Below, one piece after another: positions 1 to 11,469 of a stretch of DNA of 64,000 nt. Position 1 is the first letter of the stretch. Every line of letters starts with the position of its first letter. The stretch spans positions 808,826 through 872,825 of the forward strand of contig MU053561.1 of the NCBI GenBank assembly GCA_013239625.1, in the 5' to 3' direction. The DNA comes from Lama guanicoe (taxonomy: Eukaryota). Under the pieces are notes generated by a model. It searched no databases. It saw only the letters and a program-made list of their open reading frames with translations, and was not told where the DNA came from. The position numbers were made by a program, and so were the translations under genes.

Positions 1-410
1 CCCCTCTGCTGCAGGAGAAAATAAACAGGGCTTGTAGGTGCAGCGGACTTCTGCCCTTTTCAGAGATGCCATTGTGCTCTGTGTGTGAGCCAAGAGTTCA
101 GGCAAATTTTTGCCTCTCTGGGTCCCCTTGGGACTTGCGCATCTAATATCTGGCAAGGACCCAACTCCTTCCCTGTGTGTTGAACAGTAATACAGTGCCG
201 CCAACATGTCAACTCCGGGAGAATAACATTCAAGGGACGGTTAGTCAATCAGTGAGCAACTCTCTCTGCAACCCACCAACGGGAGGGTTCTCCCAGCATG
301 CTTTCTTTCTTCCTTCTCTGTGCCCTCGACATCTCTGTCCATACATCTGTTTCAGCTTTTCCTTTCATTGCTATTGTCTATGTTTCTGTCTCCACTGTTA
401 GACTGGGAGC

Positions 411-1030
411 CACTCATTCAATAAACATGTATTGAGCAATTCTTATGTGCAAAGCATTATGTTAAATAAAGTGGCAAACAAAACAGTACCTCATAGACCT
501 AAGAGGGAGCTATTGAACAAAAATACAAATAAATGCATAATTACACATGTTTTCAGGGCTAAGAAAGAAAAGAAAAAGGTAAGATGAGTGATTTCATAGG
601 GAGATCTGTTTGATATTGCCACATTAAGGGAAAACTTCAGTGGGAAGGAATAAGTAGGGATTGGCCAGGCTAGGGATGGGGAGTGTGTCGCTGGGCAGGG
701 AGTATGTCCAGAGCATGAGGGTGAGAGGGTTACTGGGTGCAAACCAGAGGTGGAGAGGTAGGCAGCGCCGTTATCTGAAGAGGCCGGTAGATCTTGATAA
801 GGATCTTAGATTGTTAACCTACGCACAACGGGAAGGAGAAGACATTTAGAAATGGGGGACCAGCTAGTGGACGAAAGGAGTGATGAAGGAGGTATGGACT
901 AGAGTGGGGAAGGGAGTGATGAAAAGTCAGCAGATCTGATACGTATCTGGGAGGCAGATTTGGTAGGAATCTTGGGTGGATGTGAGTGGTAAAGGTTCGT
1001 TTCACAACTTATGGGAAGAACATCCAGGTA
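411..1030 (-). mobile_element. L2 LINE 3' fragment
   Basis: Begins with the reverse-complement L2 terminus (cactcattcaataaacatgtattgagc…atgtgc), followed by purine-rich L2-like sequence. Confidence 0.7.
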
Positions 1031-1164
1031 GGTGAAGTTGCCATTGACTAGCATAGTCCAACATCCAAGCAATACAAGGGCAGCACACAAGTGCACAAAT
1101 GCTAAAGCATGACTAAACTCATTCATGAATATTGACGGAAAAACTCTGAATTAAAAAAATTAGT

Positions 1165-1502
1165 AAGTCAGACAAAGATAAATGTATGATGTCATTTGTA
1201 TATTGAATCTAACAAAATGATACAAATGAACTTATTACCAAAACAGAAATAGTCTCACAGACATAGAAAATAAATTTATGATTACCAGTGGGGAAAGGGG
1301 AGGTAGGGATAAATTAGGAGTTTGGCATTAATACATATATAACAGATAACCAATAAGGGCCTACTGTATAGCACAGGGAACTATCTTCAATATCTTATAA
1401 TAACCTACAATGGAAAATAGATTTTTACAGATATATGTATATGTATATGTATCTGAATCACTTTCCTATATACCTGGAACATTGTAAATCAACTTCAATT
1501 TT
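1165..1502 (+). mobile_element. L1 3' UTR fragment (cetartiodactyl type)
   Basis: Contains cacagacatagaaaa…gggataaattaggagtttgg…ctactgtatagcacagggaactat, also seen in the L1 ends at 19600-19920. Confidence 0.85.
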
Positions 1503-1689
1503 AATACTTTGTAAAATACTTCAATTTTAAACAATGAGTAAATAGAATCCAGTGGTATAATACTAGTAACTTCCATGTATTATTTACCGTGGGTCAGACA
1601 CTACTCTGGTGAAGTTAACTCTTTCATCTCAGACCACAACATAAGTACTATTATTATCTTGTTTTATCGATGGGTGGATTGTGTTTTGG

Positions 1690-3790
1690 AATAATGAGCT
1701 ACTTTACCTGTATCAGTGTGGATCACTCTCCCAGACATAATGGAAGCAGAAACAGCCAGAGACTGCTTCCCACGTATGATTCCATCCGGTCTACGCAGTT
1801 TAAGGACAGGCAATACTAATCTATGGTGTCAGGAGGGGGGTTACACTGTGGGGAACTGCTGCCTGGAAAGGAAAATGAGGGGGCCTTTTTGGGTGCTGGA
1901 AATGTTCTTTTTCTAGATGTAGGTGATTGTTATGTTATATATGCATACCAGCCTGTAAACTTAATGTTTGTACACTTTATTATATATGTTTTGCCTCAAT
2001 TTTAATAAAAGACAATGACAACCTTGGAAAAGATATTGGGAGGACATATATAAGACAAAAAACTTAGTATCTTTATAGAGAGCCCTAAAAACTAATTTAA
2101 AAAAAGTTTAAAAATCAATCTATTAGTGGACAAAGGACAGAAACACTGTCCTTTTGTCCCGTGTGAACAAATAAAGAAATATCAGTGAAAATAAATATAT
2201 ATGAAATGTTTAAGTAGTGAACTAAGAAATGCAAGGTAAACATTAATGAGATATTTTTCTCCTAACAAACGACTAAAATAAAAACGGTCGATAACACCAA
2301 GTGTTACGATAATGTGGGGAAATTCGTATTCAATGTTGCACCTGGGACGCTTCTAGGGGAACCGAAGTGTGGCAGTGGGGCAGGGGCTGGCAGCTCCAAC
2401 GACAACCATGGCATATACTGGCTTCACTGTGCCTCTCATTGTGATGGGTGTGTTCTGGGGCTTCACTGGCTTCCTGGTGCTCTGGTTCATCCCTAAGGGT
2501 CCCAGCCGGGGCGTTATCATCACCATGTTGGTGTCCTGTTCAGTTTGCTGCTATCTCTTTTGGCTGACTGTAATTCTGGCCCAACTCAACCCTCTCTTTG
2601 GACCACAGCTGAAAAATGAAACCATCTAGTAGCTCGAGTATCACTGGCCTTGAGGAAGAACACCTACTCGCCAGTGCTCAGCCATTGAGGTCGTGAAGAG
2701 AATGCCTTTAGAGGCAAAATCACCTCCATTCCCAGACCACCTTCCTCGACTTGCCTCGTTTGGCCATCAGCTGCCTTAAACATTCACACCACACTTGAAT
2801 ATCTTAGTCCACAATGTAGTATTTTTTTCCTATCACCTTTTTTGCACTTTGATGAATGATGTGCCTGTTTAACCTAAACTGTGCTGCCTCCATAAAATGT
2901 TTATGTACTCTTCTGAGACAGAAAGTGCTATTCTTCTGGAAAACACGTTACTCTCTCCTTGGAACCTGTGGATTTGAAGATGGCAGCTAACAACATGGGA
3001 ATCAGTGAAGTGTTTAAAAACTGTCACAAGACAGTAAGACTCCAGCGGGGCAGTCAGTAGGAAAACATGTTCAGAGGGAAAAATCTGTCTCACCAGACTT
3101 ATACCAAAGTATATATATTTTCAGGATGAAATTCTTATTTCTGCTATCTTTTGAAATAAGTTATTTTTCTGCTTTCGATGGAAAAAAAAGTTGTACTTGG
3201 AAGTATAAACTGTTACCAATTTTCTGAAGCCAGTTTCACTGAATGTATCAAAATTCTATCCACTGCATGTACTTGAAACAGAAATTCTCTTTCTCTAAAT
3301 TCATCATAAGGAGTTACTTCAGCTATATATTTAGCTATCTGGATGTTCAACATAACTTTCTTGATAAAAGCAAAAAATTGGAAACTACTCATTAATATGT
3401 AGTTAGTGAAAAAAATAGGTGATTAGTGAATAGGTCATTAGTGAAAAAATTATTGTATATTCATACAACAGAACAATATTCAGCCATTAAAAATAATGTT
3501 GATCAATATTTATCAGCATGAGAAGATACCCACAACATAGTCTAAATTGTTAAAATTGAGTACAAAATCATATATAATTATTATGTAAATATACATACAA
3601 ATGTGTGTGTATATTTATAACATAGATATGTATACATGAATAATGTACATATTATATATTTATAACTACATTAGATGGATGGGTATGAACCAAAATGGTA
3701 AGAGTACTTATCTGTTGGTAGAATTATTGGATGATCTTATTTCTTCCCTATAATTTTCCTATACTTCATGAATTTTTTATAATCAGAATA
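1690..3790 (+). mobile_element. Old L1M (L1ME-like) 3' fragments, interrupted by the ATP6V0E1 retrocopy
   Basis: Degenerate L1 ORF2-end and 3' UTR motifs on both sides of the retrocopy (aatgcaaggtaaa…aatgagat; cagccattaaaaataat; gggtgctggaaatgttct). Confidence 0.7.
2348..3189 (+). pseudogene. ATP6V0E1: Processed pseudogene of V-ATPase V0 subunit e1 (ATP6V0E1-like)
   Basis: Intronless frame from ATG 2408: [83 protein letters not shown] (TGA ends 2653; 81 codons, as in the parent). TAG TAG at 2627-2632 replace W-Y. Followed by 3' UTR-like sequence, AATAAG at 3155, A8 at 3182-3189, and a degenerate TSD gttgcacctgg (2335-2345) / gttgtacttgg (3190-3200). Confidence 0.95.
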
Positions 3791-6339
3791 TATTTCAGTC
3801 ATATTTATGTGAATATATATATCACTCAGAGAGGCAGAGCAAGGAGAGATAACCAAGTTTGTTGACTCCAATTTACATCAGCGGAGGGTGAAGCCATTTC
3901 TTAATCTACATAGAAATGCTTCTATCACACAAGTCTAATGCCTAAATGAAAATCTTGCTTAAATGTAAGCAGAAATAAATATTAAATGTACGAGGAATAA
4001 CCATATTGAAAATGTTGCCGACCAGTTACATGTATACTCTGACCTCTGCCACCATCACCCACTTTGGGGTGTGTGACTGAACAGCCTAAAACAGCTTTTG
4101 AGAGAAACCTTGTGAAAACATTGCCTGGGGAACTGAGATCACATTTCCACTTGGTTATGAAATGGAGAATTTAATTGACTGGGTTTGATGCAAGAAAACT
4201 GCCTTTTCTGAAGAAACTGGGGAAGTTGTTAGATTCTTTATTAATCAAGAGAAAAATGTAAGATTGAGTGTCTAAATATTTTAAAATAAAAATATTTTGG
4301 AATAGATATTGCTACCTATATATGCATAGATAATAATTTTTGTTTCAATAAAATCCAAGATGTGTTTACCCTAAGGGCCATTTCTATCGACTGGGGTGAA
4401 AGAGTCTTGTTGCGTGCAAGGAAAACTGAAACTTTAAATTTCTGATTCATTTCCCTTTAAATCATCCAAATATTGCTTTTTATGGGCTATGTAATAGCCA
4501 AAGAGTCTCTAAGGGAGTATTAAAGCATTTCAAGACTTGCTTCCCTTAAAATAAAATAATAAAATAAATGTTAAAATGGAGGAAGTAGGCTCCAAGTAGC
4601 TCCACTTGATCTACAAAAGTTCTCATCAGTCCAAGATCTAAAATGTCTAAGTGGTTCTGAATTTTCTAAATTCTCCTTTCCTGTTAAGTATTGATCCTTG
4701 CATGGAGACTGCCTTGAGTGCTTAAAATCTACCTTCCTATCAGAAGAATAAACTTTGTCCCTGAAACCAGAACACCCTGTTTTTCTCTATCAGAAGTTAC
4801 CTCGAGATGTTTTAGGGTAAAAATATTATACTAATCTAAACCATATGCATGCTGACATCTAAACCAAGAGACAATTTCTGAAAAATTATACCTACCTAGG
4901 AGAGTCTACTTTTCAAAACCATTGACTTGTTCAAATAGTGGAGTGTGCAGCTCATTAAGGGTCAAATTAAGAAGAACTACACATGAACAAAAGGTGGACT
5001 CCTCCCTTTATCATTATTTTTGAGATGCACATCCCTGAATAGTTGAAAGAAATCAGGTCACTTTTGCCTTAAACCGTCCTTTACCTTAATTCTCCCATAA
5101 GTGTACTTACATGAATAACTAGGGTAATTTGGAAAGGTTTAAGAAGTCTAAGATTGAAAAAGCCTTTTCTCAAACAATAGTTAAAGGCATTGTACCAATT
5201 TGTATAGCAGAAGAAATCCACCGTTAAGTTCCCCATTTCCAGGCAGCTGGAAAAGTGATTTTTCGGATTTTTGGCTGGATAAAGATGACCTCAAATCTGA
5301 AGACAGGTTGGCAGAGATAACAACATAGTATCTTTAGCAGAAGTCAGAGGAAGCCATTCAGAAATTAACTAACTCATTCCATTAATATTTACTCAGCGCC
5401 AACTATGGACAGACGATGTCTGGCAATGGTGATATAACAGCCAACTAGAGAGACATGTATTTTCAAAGAAATGGATGACTAGAGATCTGTTCGGTTTGGT
5501 AATTACAAATATTGATTCCAGGACCCTTTAGTGGCATGTTTTGTATTTTTCAGAGAAAGGAAATATGGAAGTACAAACACCCACTGATGAATCTTCATTT
5601 TTAGTCCTGAGATATTTGGTCAGTGTTGTGCATAACCACTGGTACTCTCCTAATCTGGGATCCAGTAACCTCACTCTATAGCACATATGATTCACTCAGA
5701 TGTCCATTGTTTATCTTTAAATCTTTAGTCTGTATTCCACCTCTGCCCTACTCACTCCCACCTTGCCTTTGCCTCCTACTTCACCATGAAAAGTTGAAGT
5801 CATTGAACTTGTACTCTCCCAACTCTTCGCTTTGCCACTTTCATCTATTTGTCTAGGTCCTATATTTTTAGTGCAATTCCAATAAATAATATCTGTAATA
5901 TATCAGAAGAAACTTGAAAATGACATTAAAGTTCATGCAGAAAAATACATTGTCTGGATACTCAAGGAAATCTTAAAAAATAAAAACAAGTGAGAGATAA
6001 TTAGTTCTACTACATAATGCAATGTATTTTAAAATCTCAACAAGTAAAAAGGTTTGCTATTCAATAAAAGATGGAAAACCAAAGGGACAGAATAAAGAGT
6101 TCAGAAACAGGCTCAAATATCTATGAAAGTTTGGCTTATGATAAAGGAGACACTTCCAACCGGGTGAGGAGGGAAGGGAAGAATTCAAAATATGATTTTG
6201 GGCCACTGGCTAACCATTGGAAAAATATTAAAACTGTATTTCTCTCATAAAAAATAAATTCCAGATGGATTAAAGATATAAATGTATAAAACAAAAGATT
6301 TGGAAGAAAGCATGAGGAATAACAAAGACTTTACCTTAT

Positions 6340-7395
6340 CTCTTGAAACAACTGAAAAAAAGACAAATACAAGAAACAATTTTAAAACATTGGATATCAG
6401 GCAATAAAAGACAACAGTCTCTGAGAGGTGGAAACAGATGACATGAGTCCCAGGATTGCCCCAGCTCACTGCTTGGAGAGGTTCCAGGAGAGGTTTCAAG
6501 GCTGCACTATAAGAAAGGGGAAGCCAGTTAAAGTCCAGTGGTCTCTCTAAATTGAGGAGATGCAGCTGAGAGTCCAGGAAGGTCAAAGTAGGTAATGTTC
6601 AGCGTGGAGTACTAGAGAGAAAAGAGCTGCACAGAGAGAGCTCTGGAGGTCTTCAGAGGGTCCCCTTGCAGTATTCAGGTCAAAAAGGCTCAGCAAATGT
6701 ATGTGAGTAAACCAGCAGAGGACCCAGACGCCGGGGAAGCAACCAAAGGTCTTGAGAGAACAATGCCTCATGAGACCTGGAAACAGCTCCTGTTTGCCAC
6801 CAACCACAGTTAAAATACCTCAAAACTCACAGGGAATCAGGAAGAGTACTCAGAAGGGTTTGTCTTATTAATAGGGGAAAAATAGCCCTTGATTGAATGT
6901 TGCTCTAGTCCTGTCTAACAACATTTAACAAAATCTAAGCAGATCACTGTTTTCCCAGTAACTGTGTTCTAGAGAAAACTTAAGAACATTTACTGCAATA
7001 CAAAAGAAATCAGTATCCAATAAGGTAAAATTCACAATGTCTGGCAACCAATAAAAAATTACTAGGTATGCAATGAAGCAGGAAAATATGATCCATAATG
7101 AAAAGAAAAAAAAACCATACATAGAAACTGAGCCAGAAATGACTAAGGTAATGGAATTAGTATATGAGGATTTTAAATCAGTGATTATAAATGTAATCCA
7201 CACCATCAAAAAGCTGAAGAAAAGATTAAGCATTCCACGTAGAGACCTGGAAATCATCGAAAGAAACAGATCAGTTTTCTAGGAGTGAAAACTACAAGGT
7301 CTGAAATGAAAAAAAAAACAAAACTGATGAGAACACCAGCATATCAGACACTGCAGAAGAAAGTATTAGTGAACTTACAGACAAAGCAATGGAAG
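6340..7395 (+). mobile_element. Old L1 (L1MC-like) 5' UTR and ORF1 start, within older L1 fragments
   Basis: Colinear with 31560-32600 (e.g. gagctgcacagagagagc / gaactgcacagagaac; ggtaaaattcacaatgtctggcaaccaa / gataaaattcataatgttgaacatctaa). ORF 7073-7282 is L1 ORF1-like. Confidence 0.75.
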
Positions 7396-7546
7396 AAAGA
7401 ATGAGTCATTTCTTAAAAACAATTTTGAAATGAAGCATGTATTTAAATACATGAATAAAACAGGGAAGCCAAAAAGGAAAAAAGACTGCCCTATTTGACA
7501 TATGAAAATTAGAAGCTCCTTGAAATAAAACATGAAACAAAAATTT

Positions 7547-9487
7547 CATTTTATTTTTCAGTTTGAATTTTTTTATTAAAATATATTTGATTTACAAAAT
7601 TATATTAGTTTCAGGTGTACAACATAGTGATTCAATATTTATGCTGATTATCCTCCATTTAAAATTATTATAAAATATTTGCTATATTACTTGTGCTGCA
7701 CAATATATTCCTGTATCTTATTTATTTTATACACAGTGGTTTGTACCTTTTAATCCCCTACCTCTATCTTGCCCTTTCCCCATCCCTCTTCCCACTGGTA
7801 ACCACCAGTTTGTTCTCTGTATCTGTGAGTCTGTTTCTTTTCTGTAATATTCATTTGTTTTATTTTTCAGATTCCACACGTAAGTGATAACATACAATAT
7901 TTGTCTTTCTCTGTTTGACATTTCATTAAGCATAGTACACTCCAGGTCCATCCATGTTGTTGCAAATGGCATTAATTTCATTCTTTTCATGGCTGAATGA
8001 GTCATACTCTATTTTATAATAAAATTCTGTTTTACAATAGAAATAATGCTGCTATGAACATTGGGATACATGTATCTTTTCTAATTAGTATTTTCACTTT
8101 CTTCGGATATATACCCAGGAGTGTAATTGCTAGATCATGTGGTAGTTCTAGTTTTAGTTTTTTTGAGGACCCTCCATACTGTTTTCCATAATGGGTGCAC
8201 CAGTTTACATTCCCATCCACAGTGTACTAGGGTTCCCTTTCCAAATGCCAGTTGGCCATCTGTATGTTTTCTTTGAAAAAATAACTATTTAGGTGTTCTG
8301 CTCATTTTTTAATCAGGTTTATGTTTATATTGAGTTATATGAGCTGTTTATATATTTTGGATATATATTAGCCTCTTATTGGACGTATCATTTGCAAATA
8401 TTTTCCCTCATTTAGTAGGTTGTCATTTTGTTTCATCAATGTTTTCCTCCTTTTCTGTGTAAAAACTTTTAAGTTTAATTAGGTCCACTTATTTTTCTTT
8501 TGTTCCCTTTGCCTAAGGAGACAAAAAAAAAATCACTTTGACTTATTGTCGAATGTCCTGCCTATGTTTTCTCCTAGGAGTTTTATCATTTCTAGTCTAG
8601 TATTTAGGTCTTTAATCCATTTTGAGTTTATTTTTGTATATAATGTGAGATAATGTTCCAGTTTTATTCTTTTACAGACAACAGCTGTTCAGTTTTCCCA
8701 GCACCACTTATTGAAGAGATTATATTTCCTCATTGTGTATTTTTGTCCCGTCATAGATTACTTGATCAAATGTAGGCGGATTTATTCTGTTCCACTGATC
8801 TTTGTGTTTTTGTGCCAGTACTATGCTGTTTTGATTATTGTAGCTCTGTAGTATAGTCTGAAGTCTGTGAAGATGATCCTCCAGCTTTGTTTTTTTTCCT
8901 CAAGATTGCTTTGGCTATTCGGGGTCTTCTGTGGTTCCTATTAATTTTAGGAGTATTTGTCCCAGTTCTGTGATAAAATGTCATGGGTGTTTAAATCTGT
9001 AGATTGCTTTGGGTAGTCTGGACATTTTAACAATATTAATTCTTCTAATCGATGAACATAGGATACCTTTCCATTTATTTGTATCGCCTTCAATTTCCTT
9101 CATCAGTGTTTTATAGTTTTCACAGTACAGGTCTTGTACTTCCTTGGTTAAGGTTATTCCTAGGTATTATTCTTTTGGATGCAAATTTAAACAGGATTGT
9201 CTTCTTGCTTTCTCTTTCTGAGAATTCATTATTAGTGTATAGAAAAGCAATAAATTTCTGTAGTCTCCTTCCTCTTCTGTGTCCCCTGCTAGAGGTACAG
9301 TCCCAGCCTGATTGCTTTTCCTCTTTTCCTACCTGACTCCATGTGAATCTTTCTTTACAGCCTTGGTTATAGAAGAGTCCTTCTGTCAGCCTTTCAGCAA
9401 GAGTTGCTCCACGTGTGATGTATTTTTGATGTGTTCATGAGGGGAGGTGAGCTCAGTGTCCTCTTACTCCACCATCTTGATCTCCCC
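7547..9487 (-). mobile_element. Internally deleted L1: 5' UTR terminus fused to distal ORF2, then 3' UTR and poly(A)
   Basis: The minus strand starts ggggagatcaagatggtggag (L1 5' end with YY1-like site). At ~9260 it switches to ORF2 (QKFIAFLYTNNEFSERESKKTILFKFASKRI), then C-terminal ORF2 (…[15 protein letters not shown]…, …MPFATTWMDLE…), 3' UTR and a T-rich tail. Approximate TSD aaacaaaaattt (7535-7546) / aaacaaaatttt (9491-9502). Confidence 0.85.
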
Positions 9488-9634
9488 AACAAACAAAATT
9501 TTAAAAAACACATAATAAAATGTGTTGAAAATATACATACTGTATTTGAGAATTAAAGGGCCTGCCTAAAATGACAAAGATTCTTAAAATTAGTAAGAAA
9601 AAAATGAACAATTTATGGAAAATGAGGGAAAATG

Positions 9635-10204
9635 TTATATTAGTTAGATATTGTTGTACTACAGATTACCCCCCAAATTTAGCAGTTTAAAACAACTTAC
9701 AAACATCTACTAACTCACGACTTCTCTGGGTCACGATCTGGAGTGGGTTATCTGGGAGGCTCCAGCTCTGTCTTTCTCATGAAGTTTCAGTCAAGCTGTC
9801 AGCAGGGCCAAAGTCTCTGTAGGCCTGACTAGGGGAGGATCTGCTTCGAGTTCTCTCATAGGGTTGATGTCAGGCCTTAGTTCTTTGCTGGCTATTGGCC
9901 AGAGACCTCCCTTTCTTCCCATATGGGCCTCTCTCTAAGCTGCCTGGGTGTCTTCATGACATGCACGCTTCTCCCAGTGTGAGTGATGAGAGAGAGACAG
10001 ACAGAGAGACAGAGTAAGGGAGATCTCAAAACAAAAGCCACAGTGTATTTTTTAACCTAATCTTGGAAGTGACACACCATTCCTTCTGCCATATTCTTTC
10101 TTTTAGTTACACAGACCAGTGCTGGTACACTAAGGGAAGGACTACACAAGAGTCTGAATATGGGAGTTGAGGATGTTGGGGCCATTTTAGAGGCTGCATA
10201 CACA
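9635..10204 (-). mobile_element. MaLR solo LTR (MLT1F-like)
   Basis: tattagtt…ttaccccccaaatttagcagtttaaaacaac…aacctaatcttggaagtgacacaccat…ggggccattttagaggctg, typical of MLT1 reverse complement; it interrupts an old L1. Confidence 0.8.
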
Positions 10205-10680
10205 GATATAAACACACAGTTCACAGACCAAGAAACACAGTTGGCCGATAAACACATTAAAAGCTATCTAATCTCACATGTCATTAAAGAAGTATGAAGG
10301 AAGACAGCAATAAAGATATTTTTTCATATATTAGACTAATAAGGATTTAAAAGTCTGGTATTAACATTGTTTGGAGGATGTGAAGAAACAGGCGTATGGA
10401 CACAACCTAAGATAGGCATATAAAATAGCTTCTCCTCTCTGGAGGAGTAATTACTGATACCTTTCATCTAGAAATTTAACTTCTAAAATTTTATCCTATG
10501 CATATATTTACAAAAGTGGGCATATATATATATATATATATACACATACACACAATATTATTTGTAAAAGCAAATAACTGGACATGGCTTCAATGCTCTT
10601 TCCTTGAATAACAGATTCTTACATGAATTATGACAACCCATTCGATGACATAGTAGTCAGCTATTAAAAGAGAATTCTAG

Positions 10681-10849
10681 GCAGGGAGGGTATAGCTCAA
10701 GTGGTGGAGCACATGCTTAGCATGCACAAGGTCCTGGGTTCAATCTCCAGGACCATCTCTAAAACTAACTAACTAAATAAATATACCTAATTACTACCCC
10801 CCAAAAAGCCTAATAAAATAAAACAAAGTCACCTAGAAAATGTTTTATA
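10681..10849 (+). mobile_element. Vic-1-like tRNA-derived SINE
   Basis: gggagggtatagctcaagtgg (A-box) … gggttcaatctcc (B-box), A-rich tail; TSD aaaagagaattcta (10666-10679) / aaaagataattcta (10850-10863). Confidence 0.9.
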
Positions 10850-11214
10850 AAAAGATAATTCTAAGATATATTATTAGGTTAGAAAATTAAGGTATAAATC
10901 TGTAAGAATGGTGTACCATCATATATACAATGTACATACATACATACATATACACACTCAGCTCTGCTTCTTCCTGTCCTGTGTACAGGGTCAACTTCTT
11001 TACCTTTTCTCCTCATTCCACAGACTCATTCCCCTCTTAGACTCTAATCCCCAGTTACCCACTCTACTGTGTCATTTCTTCTTCTCCTCTGGCCATTTGC
11101 ACCTACCTACAAATGTGCTCATCCAAAAGTACAGCTCTCCTTTTTGGCCCCACCCTGTCATCCCAGGCTGTTGCCTTTCTGCTTTCCTTTTCATCACTTC
11201 ACTTCTTGATGGAA

Positions 11215-11465
11215 TGACAACAGCTACTGGTAACTGAACACTTACCGTATGCCAGGCAGAAGTCTCAGTTCTTAATGCATAAGTCACTTAAACCCTCAAA
11301 ACAACTCGATGAGACAGGTGTTATTATTATCACATTTTACAGATTTGGAGACTGAGGGAAAGGGAAGTTAAGTCCCTTGCCTAAAATAACAGAGTCAGTA
11401 AACAAAGGAGTTGGGATGCTAATGCTAGCAGTCTGACTCCAGGGTCTGTGTTTTTAACTACTACT
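11215..11465 (-). mobile_element. MIR SINE, near full length
   Basis: cacttaccgtatgccaggc…attttacagatttggagactgagg…aagttaagtcccttgcctaa…gtctgactccag. Confidence 0.85.
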
Positions 11466-11469
11466 GATT

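Noticed and set aside
2369..2407. N-terminal extension of the ATP6V0E1-like ORF in the track ([13 protein letters not shown])
   Set aside because: It starts at GTG in the retrocopied 5' UTR; homology begins at ATG 2408.
10681..10760. tRNA-Ala-like sequence (also at 24428, 36683, 49712)
   Set aside because: These are SINE heads with A-rich tails and TSDs and mutated stems, not tRNA genes.
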